Shown piece by piece: positions 1 to 13,345 of a stretch of 64,000 nucleotides of DNA. The notes under the pieces are model-generated. The model was not told the origin of the DNA, did not search any database, and saw nothing but the letters and a program-made list of their open reading frames with translations. Source of the DNA: Geosiphon pyriformis uo1 (Eukaryota > Fungi > Glomeromycota). Positions within the stretch are counted from its first letter, which is position 1. Every line of letters starts with the position of its first letter. The translations under genes and the position numbers were made by a program. Location of the stretch: the NCBI GenBank assembly GCA_016748015.1, contig JAAOMT010000481.1, positions 5,061 to 69,060 on the forward strand. The letters are read 5' to 3'.

Positions 1-150
1 CAATTCTTATCTACAATTGGTTATTGGACAAGCTTGAAAATTTAGAGAAAGGGGCAAGTGCCAATGTTAAGACAGGAATTTGGAAAGCAATTGACAAGCT
101 AAAAACTTAATATATTAAGACAGATTCTTCTGTTTATACAATTGCGACAG
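1..150 (+). mobile_element. hAT-family transposase relic (internal fragment, continues off the window start)
   Basis: Frame 3 reads ILIYNWLLDKLENLEKGASANVKTGIWKAIDKLKT*YIKTDSSVYTIAT, then a G|GTAAG donor at 150/151. This resembles the hAT segment 'IPIYNxLLDxLE...KLxxYYxKTD..VYxIAT(VLDPR)'. There is an in-frame stop. Confidence 0.6.
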
Positions 151-169
151 GTAAGGTTTAATCATGAGC

Positions 170-312
170 ATGTGGTAATGGTGGTGATGGTAGTGGTGGT
201 ATGATGTCATGGTCGTAGTCGTTGTCGACATGGCTGTGGCGGTGGTCATGGTCATGATTGTGGTTGTGGTTGTGGTTGTGGAATCGTGATTGCAATTATG
301 TCGCAGTGGTGG
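170..312. repeat. Degenerate (GTG)n/(GTGGTT)n low-complexity tract, probably inside the hAT intron
   Basis: Visible gtggtg/gtggttgtggtt iterations. They explain the spurious His/Thr-rich ORF at 115-327. Confidence 0.8.
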
Positions 313-689
313 TTTTGGGGTGGCCAATTTGATATTAATGATTTAAAAAATTTAGTGTTTCATTTTTTATGCTTCTTAATATCTAATCATTATAGCTTGT
401 TTGTAATAATCATGCATTACATGTTGTATATTTTTACAAAAAACAGTAAAAATGTTGCAACTTTTTCTACTTGATAAATAAAAAAAGTCAACCAGTTAAA
501 AATTTACCAAAAACCCAATTAATTGACAAATATAACACATAATTTTTATTATACAATTCCAATTTTTTGTAAATTGTTTAGTTTTTAATCAATTATAATG
601 TGTTAATTATGACAATTATATCAATATTTTTAATTATTTTTTTTTTAGTAATTATTTTCAATTCTATAAAAAGCAAGCTTTAATTGCAT

Positions 690-1430
690 ATTCTTATTAA
701 ATATTTATTATATAATAATGAAACAAAAAAATATAAAGACTCATATTGCATATAATACAAATTTGATACAAACTAAATTACAATATAATTTCTATGTGTA
801 TTATTTACTAAATTGATTATTCTGAGTATTAAAAATTTTTTAATATTTTTTATTTTAATATTAATGTTAAACTGGCTTAAATATATTATAACTTTATTAA
901 AAAACTGCAAATAGCTAAATTAAAGACTTTAATTAATTTTTGTAAATCTGCAAAGCTAAAATTGTTTTTTATAATTTTTTTTAATATTTATATAAAAAAT
1001 AAAAACTGTGTTATAAATAAAGTATTGATATAATAATTAATAATAAGGTTTTTAAATATTATAGCTAAATATTTTTATCGTTGAATTCATTTTATTTTTA
1101 TTATTATTTAAGAAAAATTCTGAACTTTAAACCTTTTAAGTAGTTATTATAGTGTTATAAATAATAAAAGCTTTGTTTTATAGATAAAAAAATATATTTT
1201 AATAATTGGTTTATTTTTTATATATTTAAGAATTGGCTTTATATTTTGAATATGTTTTATTAAATATTTAAAACAAATAATAATCAATTAATCCAATCTT
1301 TTTTTGTCTTGAAAAAAAAATTATCTTCAAAAATAAAAAAATATAAACATAATCTTTGTAATGATATTTATTACAATTAAAAATACTATTTATAAATTTT
1401 TTTTATCAACATAATATTTAAAAAAGCAAA
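690..1430 (+). mobile_element. Heavily decayed pogo/Tigger-like transposase relic
   Basis: Faint remnants only: 'aaatctgcaaagctaaa' (~945) resembles 'aaaactgcaaagcta' in the clearer pogo relic at ~36207. Nearly all G/C has been lost. Confidence 0.3.
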
Positions 1431-3865
1431 AAATTCAAGTAATATATTTAGATAAAATAAAAAAAATTTAAAAAAAATTTATACTTTTAATTTTATGTAA
1501 ATTATTAACTTGTTTTTTTACCCAAAAAAATTTAAACTTTAGTCTTTTAAAGTCATTATTCAAAGATTCTCTGCACAATCAAAGCTTTATTTTGTGCATA
1601 AAATTTTTTTTTATATATTCAAAAATTGATTTTAGATTTTTAATATTTATATTAATAAGTATTCAAAGATCCGAAAATAATTAAATTAAAAAAAGTTTTC
1701 TTTAAAGATAAAAAACCAAAAAGTAGTATTTATAATTAAACATATGATATAATAAAAAAATATCAATTATAATTTTTACTAAATTAATTAAAAAATAATT
1801 AATATAAATAAAACACAATATAAAACAAGTAATAATGATTAATTTAAAATATATTTTTTTATTAAAGTTTTATTTGTTTTTCTTCTGTTTATTTTATTTA
1901 TTTATTTTACTGTTAAATTTAATTTTTTTTTCTTTTATTATTTATAATTTTTTTTTATTTAAATTTGTTTTTTTTTTATTTTTCAAAAAATTATAAATTT
2001 AAAACTTTTAAAATAATTTATTAAAAATCTATAATAATAAAATAAAATAAATATATTAAGAAAACATGTTAGTTTATGTGTGTGATTTGGTTATTTGCCA
2101 CAAAAAAACCATTTAATTGCCCAATTCTAAGTTAAAAGTAAAATATAAAAAAAAGAGTTTAGTTGTAAATAATAAATTTATAATAGTTAATATATAGAAT
2201 TTGTTTTATGTATATTTTAAGATAATTATATAGAAAAGCAGTTTAATTAAAAATATTTTGGTAAATTTTAACTTTAGTAAAAGTATTAGTTTTATTTTTA
2301 ATATTTTTTAAATACGAAAATGTCATACTTTCGCGTGTCTTATTCTTGTATTTTGCTAACTTTGTCACACCTTTTATCTTATGACTAAAAAATTATGTAT
2401 ATTCTGTTTTTTATAAAAATATAAGTAAAATTTGGTCAATTTTTCTATTTCATAACTTTATTCTTTCAAAAATTTTTGGAATTTAATAATGTTTTAATAG
2501 GTTTGGTAATATTATTTATACATGTGAATCTGAAGTTTAATTTCCATCTCATCTCACAAATCGCCTTGGTATTTGTCATTGAACTTCAAATGAGCAAATA
2601 TAGAAAATCAGAATATCTGCCAACTGTTTTTTAATAGCCTTGTTTAAAAAAAATTCAGCCCAAAAATGCAAAAGAAAATTAACTCAAAATCTTGATTATT
2701 GTGACTTTTGCAAATTGGTAAAACTTGTCCAAGTTGTCAATATAGAGATATGAATTTTTGTTGATGGTCTTTGAGATCTGAATTTCAAAAAACATACTGG
2801 GGTTCTGGTTTGGAGGTACCAGATGTTAGATAGCACTAAGTATGAGTCAATAATTTTTAATTGGATGATGATAAATGAGTATTTATTGGCTGGCTGCAAG
2901 AGAATTATAATGTTTACACCTTATTAATTATGTTTAAGAATCACTGCACAAAACTTTTTCTTAACATATACTTGAAAGTGGAAAGACACTCAATAAGGTT
3001 TTTTTCCTCAGCTATAATTGAAAACACTGCTTCTGTTAAGAGAGCCTGAAGAATATCGAATCAACAATCATTCTGTTTTCTGACACTATAATATATGTTG
3101 TCATATGTGAGCCAATAAGATTAAAAGTGAGCTTTAATTGTGATGAAATCTCTAGACAAATTTGTAATAATAACAAGGCAATGCTAAACATTTACATTAC
3201 TTTCTTTAAAGAATATGCTCTTTTAAAAAACTTTATTATCAACAGACCTATAAGTTTTAAGAAAAGTTCTTGGAAGGAAGAGCCATTACTCTGCAGATAG
3301 CTAGTTTCCCTAATGCAAGATTTTGATTTTTCTAGAGACATTTTCTGAAATTAATTCATATTCTTTGAAGAAATCAGTCATTGTAAATTAAAAAAATTTG
3401 CTGAGTGTGTCTAGAAAGATACAAAGAAATTATTCCGGCTAATATTTCTCATACCCTCTCTAAAAACTCAAAATAGGATACTATATTGTAAGTACTTTTT
3501 CTTATATTTCCAATAGCTAAACAATTCGGTTAGATGAGATATTATTCAGCATATTGCATTCATCATTTTTTAGACAAAGAGTTTGTATATATTAATTTTT
3601 AAGAACTAAAATTAAAATGTCTAGAAAGTTTTGACAATTAATATTTTTTATCAAAGTGATTCTTATTTTGGCTAAAAATCTTGATACTTTAAGTGATCAA
3701 AAGTGCTTTAAATATATTAAGTTTAATTTGCAAATAGATATTAAATTATAAACGACTTTGAATTTTAAAAAAATGCTAAATATTTTATCAATTAACAAAA
3801 TTAAAAATTTATTTATAGCTTTATTATAAGTTATTGTTAGATTGCAAGTTTTTATTACATAATTC

Positions 3866-4021
3866 TTTTTCTGAAATATTTTGTGGTGATTTCTCAAGAT
3901 AGTCATAGAGGTGATCTGAAATTATCTCGGTCCTGTTGCGTGCACATTTTTCTTCAATGATTGCAAATATAACCTTGATCATGTGGCAATACTCATATAT
4001 ATATAATTTTTTTAAAGATGA
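3866..4021 (-). repeat. Inverted partial copy of the ~300-bp tandem repeat unit
   Basis: The reverse complement (tcatct...tatgagtattgccacatgatcaagg...gaagaaaaatgtgcacgc...gatcacctctatgactatcttgagaaatcaccacaaaat) aligns with the repeat units at ~4248-4392, ~4552-4700 and ~4834-4985. Confidence 0.85.
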
Positions 4022-4139
4022 AACCTTGAGAGCGATAATGTTCATTATAAAAAGTTCTTAGCATTGCTTTATTTATGTCATGTTTTATAATGTACAATAT
4101 TTTAATTTTTAATTTTTAAATATAAATTTTTTACTTTTT

Positions 4140-5090
4140 AACAAGTACAATACCCAACGAAAATTACTTTAAAAAAGTAACATCGGAACAAAGAGAGAGA
4201 AAGGAAGAACAGGAAGGGAGGACGAAGGATTTTTGCCATAAATAAGTCATCTATAAAAAAATTGATATATGAGTATTGTCAATGATCAAGTTTGCATTTG
4301 CGATTATTGAAGAAAAACATGCACGCGATAAGTAAAAGATATTTTTAGATATCTATAATTATCTTGAAAAATCGCCACAAAATTCTTCAGAAATCTTTTT
4401 TTTATTGTTTTTTATTTTTTATTTTTTTATTTTTTTAACTTTTTAACAAGTACAATACCCAGCGAACCTCACCTTAAGGAGGTTACATCGAAACAAAACG
4501 TGAAAGAAGAATGATAGGAAGGGATGACGAAGGATTTATGCCGTAAATAAGTCATCTATAAACAAAACGTATATATGAGTATTGTCACATGATCAAGTTT
4601 GTATTTGCGATTATTGAAGAAGAAAATTGTGCACGCGACAAAAGATAATTTTAGATCACCTCTATAATTATCTTAAAAAATCGCCACAAAATCCTTCCGA
4701 AAAAATTTTTGTTTCTTTTTTTTTGTAACGTTTTAATTTTTAACAAGTACAATACCCAGCAAACATCACCTTAAGGAAGTTACATCGAAACAAAGCGAGA
4801 GAGGAAGGACGAAGAACTTTTGCCGTAAATAAGTCATCTATAAACAAAATGTAGTTATGAGTATTGTCACATGAACAAGTTTGTATTTGCGATTATTGAA
4901 GAAAAATGTGCACGCGACAAGTAAAAGATAATTTTAAATCACCGCTATAATTATCTTAAAAAGTTATCACATAATCCTTCTGGAAAAATTTTTATTTTTT
5001 ATTTTTTATCATTTATTTTTTAAACTTTTTAACAAGTACAATACCCAGTGAGCCTCACCTTGAAAAGTTGGATAGAAACAAAGAGAGAGA
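4140..5090 (+). repeat. Tandem array of ~300-bp units (3 full, 1 partial)
   Basis: The anchor AACAAGTACAATACCC occurs at 4140, 4445, 4742 and 5031 (spacing 305, 297, 289). Unit bodies align throughout and are separated by T-rich tracts. Confidence 0.92.
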
Positions 5091-5235
5091 GGAGGACGAA
5101 AAAAGGAAATAAGGAAGAAAAGGAGAACGAAAAAATGGAAGAAAGAGAGGCACAAAGAAAGAAAGAAAGAAAGAGATGAAGGAAGGAACGAAGGAAGGGA
5201 AGTGATAAATGGAAGCAAGGGAAATTTGAGATGAA
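5080..5235. repeat. Purine-rich (GA/GAAA/GGAA) low-complexity tract
   Basis: Almost only A and G on the + strand. This generates the spurious Phe/Ser/Leu ORFs at 5009-5294. Confidence 0.85.
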
Positions 5236-5565
5236 AAAAAAGGCTGTTTTTTATATATAGATTTTTCAATTTTTAGGTTATTCGTTATAAACATAGCCCC
5301 CTTCTAAATGATGTAATTATATATAATGTCGTGTTGTTTTGATCAGGATCTTTAATTTTAATTATTAATCACTAATTTTTCAAAATGTCTATCGAAATCT
5401 GTTTTACGCTATCAGTGTCAAGTTACTAAATTGGCGTAAAGTACGAACTCTCCCTGCCATATCCCTGCTATCCTTGTTAAATAATCATTATTGTTCATTA
5501 TTTTATTGTTTGTAAATAATATTCACTATTAACTTTTACTATTAAAAAAAAGCCGGAATCTAAGT

Positions 5566-5660
5566 AAGGTTACCGTAGAGCACTGCCTATAGTACCCGGT
5601 CGTAATTATGAGGAGTACTATAGTAAGGGTATATCATTGGAAGTGCTCTAGGGTAATCTT
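5566..5660. other. Two-tier stem-loop (imperfect palindrome), function unknown
   Basis: Outer arms AAGGTTACCGTAGAGCACT (5566-5584) and AGTGCTCTAGGGTAATCTT (5642-5660). Inner arms CTATAGTAC (5587-5595) and GTACTATAG (5615-5623). Confidence 0.6.
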
Positions 5661-8349
5661 GATATTTACTGTTTTCACAAAGATTATCGTGTTTAAGTTT
5701 CGTTATAGATTTTTCATATAAGCCATAAAGGTGGTTAGCTTGGTGTTACGGTTCTTTTTTTTCCTCGAAACGAGATAGAAACAAAAAATTATTTTTACAT
5801 CAAGTGAAATATAGAGTAAAATAATGATTTCTTGTTTTAAATTATATTATCTCAGTAAAAATAAAATATCAGAAATCCTTAAAGATTTAAGATAAATTAA
5901 ACAAGTTAATTTCTTACTTTGATATACTTTTGAATGGTCAAAAGTATACTATTTCCTTTTGATTTGTTTGAAATCGTAATTTCCAAAGAATTTGGATTTT
6001 TTCTCCGCAAATTTCGTGTTACTATCATAATCTATAGTTTTTGAGGTCATCAAGTCGCTCTTAATCTTGAAGTGCCAAAATAAATTTATTTGTTGAATTT
6101 AGACGATTGGTTTACAAATAAAATTGATCGAAATTACTTTTCGATAAATATATCTACCCAATTAATTTCTTTTATATCTATTTTTAGCTCTTATAATATC
6201 ATTTAATCTTTCAGACATAATATTAGTTTATATAACATATAAAACTTTATCACAGTTCATATAAAAAGCATAGAAATATAAAACACTAATAATTGAGACT
6301 TTTAGATTTATTAGAATATTTTTTGAAAATATTTATGGTAAGATTCAATCCTCATTCTGCTTATGAAAATGGGTAGATATTATCATTTTCTAGTTGGCTA
6401 ATTAGAAATCAGTAAAAGTCTTCATTAAATCATTCGCTAGTGAGAAATACGTTCGCTTTTCCTATAAATAATTAGTTTATATTCTTTTTTTAATAAAGTT
6501 TTTATCAAACTAATTATATTTCCAATTACACCTTCCCCTTGAATATACTCCACAGATTTTTGTTACATACTATACATAAATTAGTCTTGTAAACTAAAAA
6601 TTTATAACCTTTATAAATTAAATTAGGTATTAGTTTTAGGATGTATAAACTTTTATTTATTATCATCAGGATTTTTATTCATTGTAAAATTGAATATATT
6701 TAGGTTGTAGGTATTTTGTTTTTCTTATCATCAAGGTAAAAGGATTCAAAATATTTTATAAAAAATAAGTCCAACTCCAACCGCTCTTATAAAGCTACCG
6801 TCGGAGCTCTGGGTACTCAAAAAATAAGTTACAACAAAAATTAGGTCGTTCAGAAATTACTAGTTATTCTTACATGTATATGTACAATGTTATTTGATTT
6901 CATTCCAGTTTAGCGTTTAATCATTTATTTAAATCATGAAAATTTTAATTGATTTACCCTTGGAACACAAACCTGAAGTGCTTTTAAAATTCTCGTATGA
7001 TAATGTATTCCCCTTTTTTTAAATTATATAACCGAAGTTTCTACAACATTGACTTTATTAAGAGCAAAAGATGGTAAGTGCATCTTTAGCCTCGAAAAAA
7101 AGTAGGCCCTATGTTTGATTTTGCATTATACGATCCAAAACTTAAATTTTGTAAAACCGAAATTGGTTTAATTTTTGAAACCTGCTAAAATGAAGTTATC
7201 AATCGAAAGGAATGAATAAGTTAGAAGGGTGTTTACTATAGCGATGGGAACATACCGCTGTCATACTCTCAAGCAATGAATAATATACTAATATTTGAAC
7301 TTATATTATTCATTTTATGGTAGAACTGGTTTTTTAATTTTGAAGAGCGTTTTACTTTGGAGTATAAAATTGAATTTTCTTTTCATAAAAGTTTTTGAAA
7401 AAAAAGGCGTGCAATTATGATCATGAAATAAAGTTCGTTGGCTAAAATATACTTTATCAATAACATATTTTTTAGTTTAAATTGTTAAATGTTGGATTTA
7501 TTGGTTTCTGTATTAATATTTTTATAACTAATATAAAGTTTTAACATAATAAAATGACTTATATTTAAAATTATTTGTTCAAAAAATCAATTAATACCGT
7601 TATAGTCAGTTAAAAGTTTTATTCATTACAAAAAAGTTTTTTAATAGTTTCTAAATATTAATTTTTTCAAAGCTGTTAAAAAACAACGAATGAAATTTTA
7701 TAATTAAAAAACTAATTAAAATACCCGAAAATTATTAAGTTATTTTTAATAAAATGCTTTTAGTTATAGTTCTAGCAAAAATAATAGTGAATAGCTTTTT
7801 TTATATATATTAATATCAATTTTGTAATATACATAAAAACTAATACAAACTATGAAATTTTTTAAAAACAGTCCAATGAAATTGAGATATGAATATATAA
7901 TATTTATAACAAAGATAACATAAAATTTACTTAAATCAATAAAATAAATTTACACCGATTATAACTTTTTGAACTTTACTAATAATATAAGTTTTTTTTA
8001 ATCAAAAATTTTATAATCATTGTTATATTTATATAACATAAAAATAATTATTTATCTTTTTGGCAATTCTTAAAATATCATAAAGTTTTGAATCATAAAA
8101 TCAATTTTATTTTTGACATGCCCTTTACCTAGTAAAATAATTTATTTTGTTGATTTTAGCTTTTTTTCAAAAATAGCTTTCATATAACTATTTTTATTTG
8201 TTAACATGTATTGTTAAATGTTAATAATTAATAAAAATATCGAATAAAATGTTGAATTATTTATTCATATGTATTTGACAAAGGGGCACAATATTCTTAA
8301 ACATGTTATAAAAAATTATTTAATATCTATTTAATTTTCAAATTTAAAG

Positions 8350-9045
8350 AAAATCATTATTACAGTATAGATGGATTTCTCCCAACAAAAAAATAATTAT
8401 TAAGTGTATATAAGAGAGAGGCAGGATTCTATTTCGGGGAAACAAAGTGAAGTTAAGAAAATTTCTTTTGAAATGTCTTAAAGACAGCCAAAAGATCGAA
8501 GATATCAAATGAGCTGATGTATTTTCTTTCAAGAAACTATGTTGTTTTTATTATCGGTATTTCCTTGTAACATTGAAGATTGTATCTTCATATTTGCGCA
8601 TTTTTGTCATGCCTACTGCAAATATATCATTGAATGCTATGGAATCACAAAAGAGTTACAACCAATGGAGTTAGATTTTAGATGAGATTTCGGTGTTAAA
8701 CAGATGTTTTGGCATCTTATTGCTAGAATTTTTTAATTTCCCGAACTGGATCTAGAACATTTATCAAAAATAAAATTTTCACCACAATTATTCTTTAAAA
8801 AAACTACTATCTTATTTAATGTTAATAGTTTAATACAAGTAGCAGACCATTTAATAATTCGCAACTTTATGTAACAGATATATTCTGAAGTTTTTTATTC
8901 ATTATTTATCTTAGTATTCAAAACAAGACAATCTTGCATGGTAATTCTAAGTGAATTAATTGAATAGTGGGTTACCTCTATATCAGGGTATCATCATAAT
9001 ATTAAATATTACTAGAGACTTAATATTTTCTCATTGTGGGATGGG
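8350..9045 (+). pseudogene. Strongly decayed tyrosine-kinase-like (TKL) protein kinase relic
   Basis: Fragments LLKCLKDSQ (~8465), KYIIECYGITKE (~8620) and SGLPLY (~8967) lie in kinase subdomain order. There are many stops and frameshifts. Confidence 0.45.
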
Positions 9046-9282
9046 AGTTTTAAGAAATAATATAAACAATAAATGATAAATAGGTTTTTAGCATTCTATC
9101 ATTTTATCGTATCCTCTAATATAAAGAATACAAAAGTGATAGCTAACTTCTAAAGCTCATTATTAAAATTAATTTTTTTTTGATATATAGGACTTTTGAA
9201 ACCAAAAGTTTCACTCATTTTGGGTAATAAAATAATCTGTACTTTGTGGGAAAGGATCTCACTGATTTCTCATACTTTATCA

Positions 9283-11061
9283 ATGGCACCCAAACAATTC
9301 TTTCACGCTCTATCTAATGATTTCGGGAATTTACTAAATAGTCAGAAATTTTCTGATGTTAAGATTTTTATTGTAGAAGCGCCCAATATTAGAACTTTTC
9401 ATGCTCATTCGCAAATTTTAGCAGCAAGATAACCATATTTTACTGTAGCACTCTCTAGTAATTGGGTTAAAAGGGAAAACAATGCCATTATCTTCACTGA
9501 ACCTAATATTTCACCTAATATTTTTGAAATAATTCTCAGGTAAGGGTTTTCTTTAGCTTCAAAGTATTTTGGCCAACATAAATTTTTATTTTATTTTCCT
9601 GTACAAATATATTTATAACGGGGAGATCTCTCTTGTTAAACATGGAGTGCTTGTCACCGCTGACGAACTTATTCTAAAGAATCTCATTGATCCTCTTGAA
9701 GACCATTTGATTGAACACCGTGCAAAAGAACTAGAAGAAAATTTCGGCACTTTGCAGAGAACGTCATTAATGCATGATTCTTTCAAAAAGTTACAAAACT
9801 TTTGCACAGAAATAGCTCCTAAAAATCCAGCCATAGTCTTCAATTCCCAAGATTTTACCTCCTTTAGTGAAAATGTTCTTTCCTTAATTTTAACCAGAGA
9901 TTATCTAAATATAAGAGAATCTGAAATATGGGAAAAGATTGTGGAATGAGGTGTTGCTAAATTGGATAATAATATTTGGATGAAAGAAGCTCTTTACTGG
10001 AGAGATCAAAACTTTAACGCCTTTAAGGAACCCATTGAAAGATTTCTACATTCAATCCGCTTCTTTACCATATCTTCAGTTGACGTCTATCACAAAGTAA
10101 CACCATATAAGGATATAATAAATACCCGGCCAAATACTCGATGATTAGTTGAAAGACATAGCAACGATGAAAAATTTGTTTTCCTTCGATAACTGAGATT
10201 CTGAAAATTATATTATTATTATTTTCAAGGAAAGGGTGTTAAATACGACCCTTTAATATCATATTTTTATTATATATCTTTTTAAAAACTATTTTTAGCA
10301 CAATAAAATCATCTTTAATAAAATAAATTAAAAATATTTTAGTCAGTCACATTCAAACCTCAAGCTTTGAGCTTTGAGCTTTTCTTCCCTTTTTTTTATT
10401 GATTTTAGCTAATTTCATTTGCTAGAATATTACCTGGAACTTAACATGAAGATCTTTTACATCAATATCTCGTATCGGGTAGTCAACAATTGTCTGTAGA
10501 CGTTCAGGCATTACGATCAAACATTGATTCAAAGCTTCTTAAATCGCATAATATAAAACAGCTAGATCATTGGATTCAAGGCAATAGTAATTTTGAAGAT
10601 TAACTTGGAAATTAATTTAATTTGTTACTTCGAGGCATTCAAGATGGATTAACTCCAGCTGATTTTCATCGACTATGTGATAATAAAGGAGCAACAGTCA
10701 GCGTAATCAAAGTGAAAGGAACTGGTCAGCTAATTGGTGGCTATAACCCATAATTGTGGCATTCTAAGAATAAATATTTAGATGGAAAAGAAAGTTTTAT
10801 TTTTTCACTTGAAGATGGCAAAGCTGGAAATGCTAAACTTGGCAAATTTATTTGCAAATATGAACCTTATGGTGGGTCAAATCATGGACCCTTTTTTGGA
10901 GATGGCATTATTTGGTGTATGTCAATGACTTTAAAAGTCGTCCAGGGTGCTTTTGTAGAAAGACAGCAGATTATGAGCATGCTATAATGCCTGAGTCAGA
11001 AAATCAACTGATGGATTCCTTTATCGAGGAGTATGAAGTTTTACAAATTATAAAAAGATAA
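9283..11061 (+). pseudogene. BTB/POZ-BACK-TLDc domain protein pseudogene
   Basis: ATG at 9283. BTB segment: SDVKIFI...FHAHSQILAAR*PYF..ALSSNW...PNISPNIFEIILR|YIYNG. BACK segment: ESEIWEKIVE*G...IRFFTISS. TLDc segment: FNLLLRG..DG....FHRLCDNKGATV.VIKVKGTGQLIGGYNP...ESFIFSL...GPFFG...IEEYEVLQI*. Stops at 9430 and 9947 with more downstream. The intron-1 acceptor is AA rather than AG (9605-9606), and there is a late frameshift. Confidence 0.9.
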
Positions 11062-11741
11062 AATTCGTTTTATTCAATTTTTTATAACATATTCGGATGA
11101 CTACTAACTAAAGAATTTCAACTGTCAGAATATTCTATAGGATAATATTTTGAGCTTCACAATAAAGTGCAAAGAATAAAAGTTAATCTATTTTAAAAAT
11201 CAAGAATACTTAGGGAACTTTAAAGTCGTTCTAACAAAAAGTGATCTCTAAATTTTAGATTTTTATCACAGGCTAGAACCATAAACGCTTTTAGCTAGAA
11301 ATATAAATTTTAAATGCATAAATGCATTTCTCGTTAATCTAGGTTATAAAATTCAGATAATTTTTATCGCATTTTAATGATGAGTCTTGAAATATGTCAC
11401 TAGTTAAGTTTTTATATTAAATATTTAAATAATTTTTATATGATAAATAATTCAAATTTTTCATTTAGAACAAAAATAAACAGTTTCTATTGATTAAAAT
11501 AGAAATACAAAATATAAAAAACCCTAAAGTCCCCCTGATTTAATTAAAAAAAGTTTGTGATATTTACAGACAATACAATAACCCAACAATACATATGTGA
11601 AAGAAATTCCATAAAACTCCAAGCCAAAAAAAATATCCCGCTATAATAAAATATGACTAACAATCCCATCTTAGAAAATTTACAGCAAAAGTAGTTCAAG
11701 AGCTACCCATTAAATATTTTCATCACTTTTGCTAAGATTTA

Positions 11742-13345
11742 TCATAATCGAAGAATTTGTGACGAGAACCATCCTAAAAGCATGAAAGAAATTTTAAACC
11801 AATGGAATGAGGAACCTTCCAATAGTTTATAAGAGATTGCAGATGAAGATACATTAAAGCTGTTCAATGGAGGCGGTGTGGATGGAGGCGGCCTGTATGG
11901 GTTGGGATTATCTTGTGTTGCATATCTGATAAAAGAAATATACGTCAAAAATTTGTTATATTTTTTAAATATCAAATATGAAGAAATCTATTTACCCTAA
12001 AGTTTCTAAAACCATCTTCAACTTCGGTCCGATTGCTCCTCCTTTATAATTGCCACCAGCCAAAATAGCGTCTTGTAAGGAAACACAGTCATCTTGCATA
12101 AATCTCATCAAGAAATCACTTGAATTTGTATAAGTTTGGTAATCCACATGACCTATACTTGATCCTTGTTGATATGTACCGAGACCAGTCTCAAGGATAA
12201 GGGCATCTTTAATATCTTTTTTTCCTCGCGGCAAAAATCCGAGAGAATTCTTGGTGATAGAATGTTTATACATTGTTTTTGCAGTTTCATATTGTGGTGA
12301 TTTTTCAAACGCATTCCTAAAACTTTTTAAACTACTGAATCCTGTGCAGGAATTGGTTGAGAATTTATTCAATATATCTGTGTATGACGTGACATTACGG
12401 TTTTGTGGAATCACAATCATATACTGGTCGAAAGCCATTTCAATAAATTGACTACAGCCGTTCTTTAATATATAAATTGGGTACGGTATCAAAGCTTCAG
12501 TTTCATCGCCCAAGTAATTGCTCCAACCTGAAAAAAACCCTAGGCCGTGCATCAATTCATGAACTATGACTGATAAAAAGTCGATCTGTGTTGCTTTGAT
12601 TGGATTTGGATCACTGTCAAACCAGAAATTTATTTTAGAATTAAATTCTGCAAAAATATCATATGCTTTGAATTCTTGGTGCGTATTATAACCGAATTGT
12701 TTTACGAGTGCTTGTGGATAGAGTCGTTGTTTTCCGTCAAGATCTTGAATTAGGATTGATCGAGCTGGAATAGCACCTCCTGTAAACAATAAATAATTTT
12801 AAATATGACCACTTCATGGGATTTATAAAATTATAATAAAGTATTGAAAAAATTAAGCAAGCAACATAGAACAAATATAAAATGCCACTCTAAAAATTTC
12901 TTGCTTATAAAAAGAATAATCACTTACCCAGTGTCAAATATCCGTTTAAACTTGAACATTCGCCCTCTAATTCACAAAAATCCGAGAAAGTTGCTTTTAC
13001 TATGATTGGAGACGTGAGTATCAAAGTGGTGGTGATGATTTTTCCGGCAGTCACAAATGCATTTCTCACTTTCTTGCATGTATTATCATCATTCATATCC
13101 CAATTTAAAATGAGCTCAAACATATTAGTCGAATTGGCCACAGTCAATAATTTTTCTTGCTTTTCTAAAGATGATTTGAAATCTGTGACTAATGGACAAT
13201 AGACTTGTCTCCTATTTTTCATATCCAGTGAATCGTAATCAAAACATTGTGCTATTGCTTGGGATGGAAAGACAATTAATAAGAGGAATGTAGTAGGAAA
13301 CAAGAGCCAGACGGGTAAGCCCTGTTTTCGTAATATTAAGTTCAT
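11742..13345 (-). CDS. Secreted or surface HExxH zinc-metalloprotease-like protein, 461 aa, 3 exons (13345-12928, 12779-11996, 11925-11742)
   Basis: GT-AG introns with matching phases give 418+784+184=1386 nt. It has an N-terminal hydrophobic signal (VWLLFPTTFLLLIVFPSQAIA), the motif DFLSVIVHELMHGLGF, later GSSIGHVD and DFLMR, a Pro/Ser-rich linker and a hydrophobic C-terminus. Confidence 0.88.

Noticed and set aside
115-327. His/Thr-rich 70-aa ORF
   Set aside because: It is the translation of a (GTG)n-type low-complexity tract, with no other coding signal.
2300-3820. Moderately GC-richer stretch that might be a decayed gene
   Set aside because: The frames I translated have stop densities close to random expectation and I recognised no motif, so it is left unannotated.
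4140-5090. Regularly spaced repeats as a CRISPR-like array
   Set aside because: Whole ~300-bp units are homologous with no unique spacers, the context is eukaryotic, and there are no cas genes. The same applies to the 133-bp array.
5009-5294. Hydrophobic Phe/Leu/Ser ORFs resembling membrane peptides
   Set aside because: They are antisense translations of a purine-rich simple repeat.
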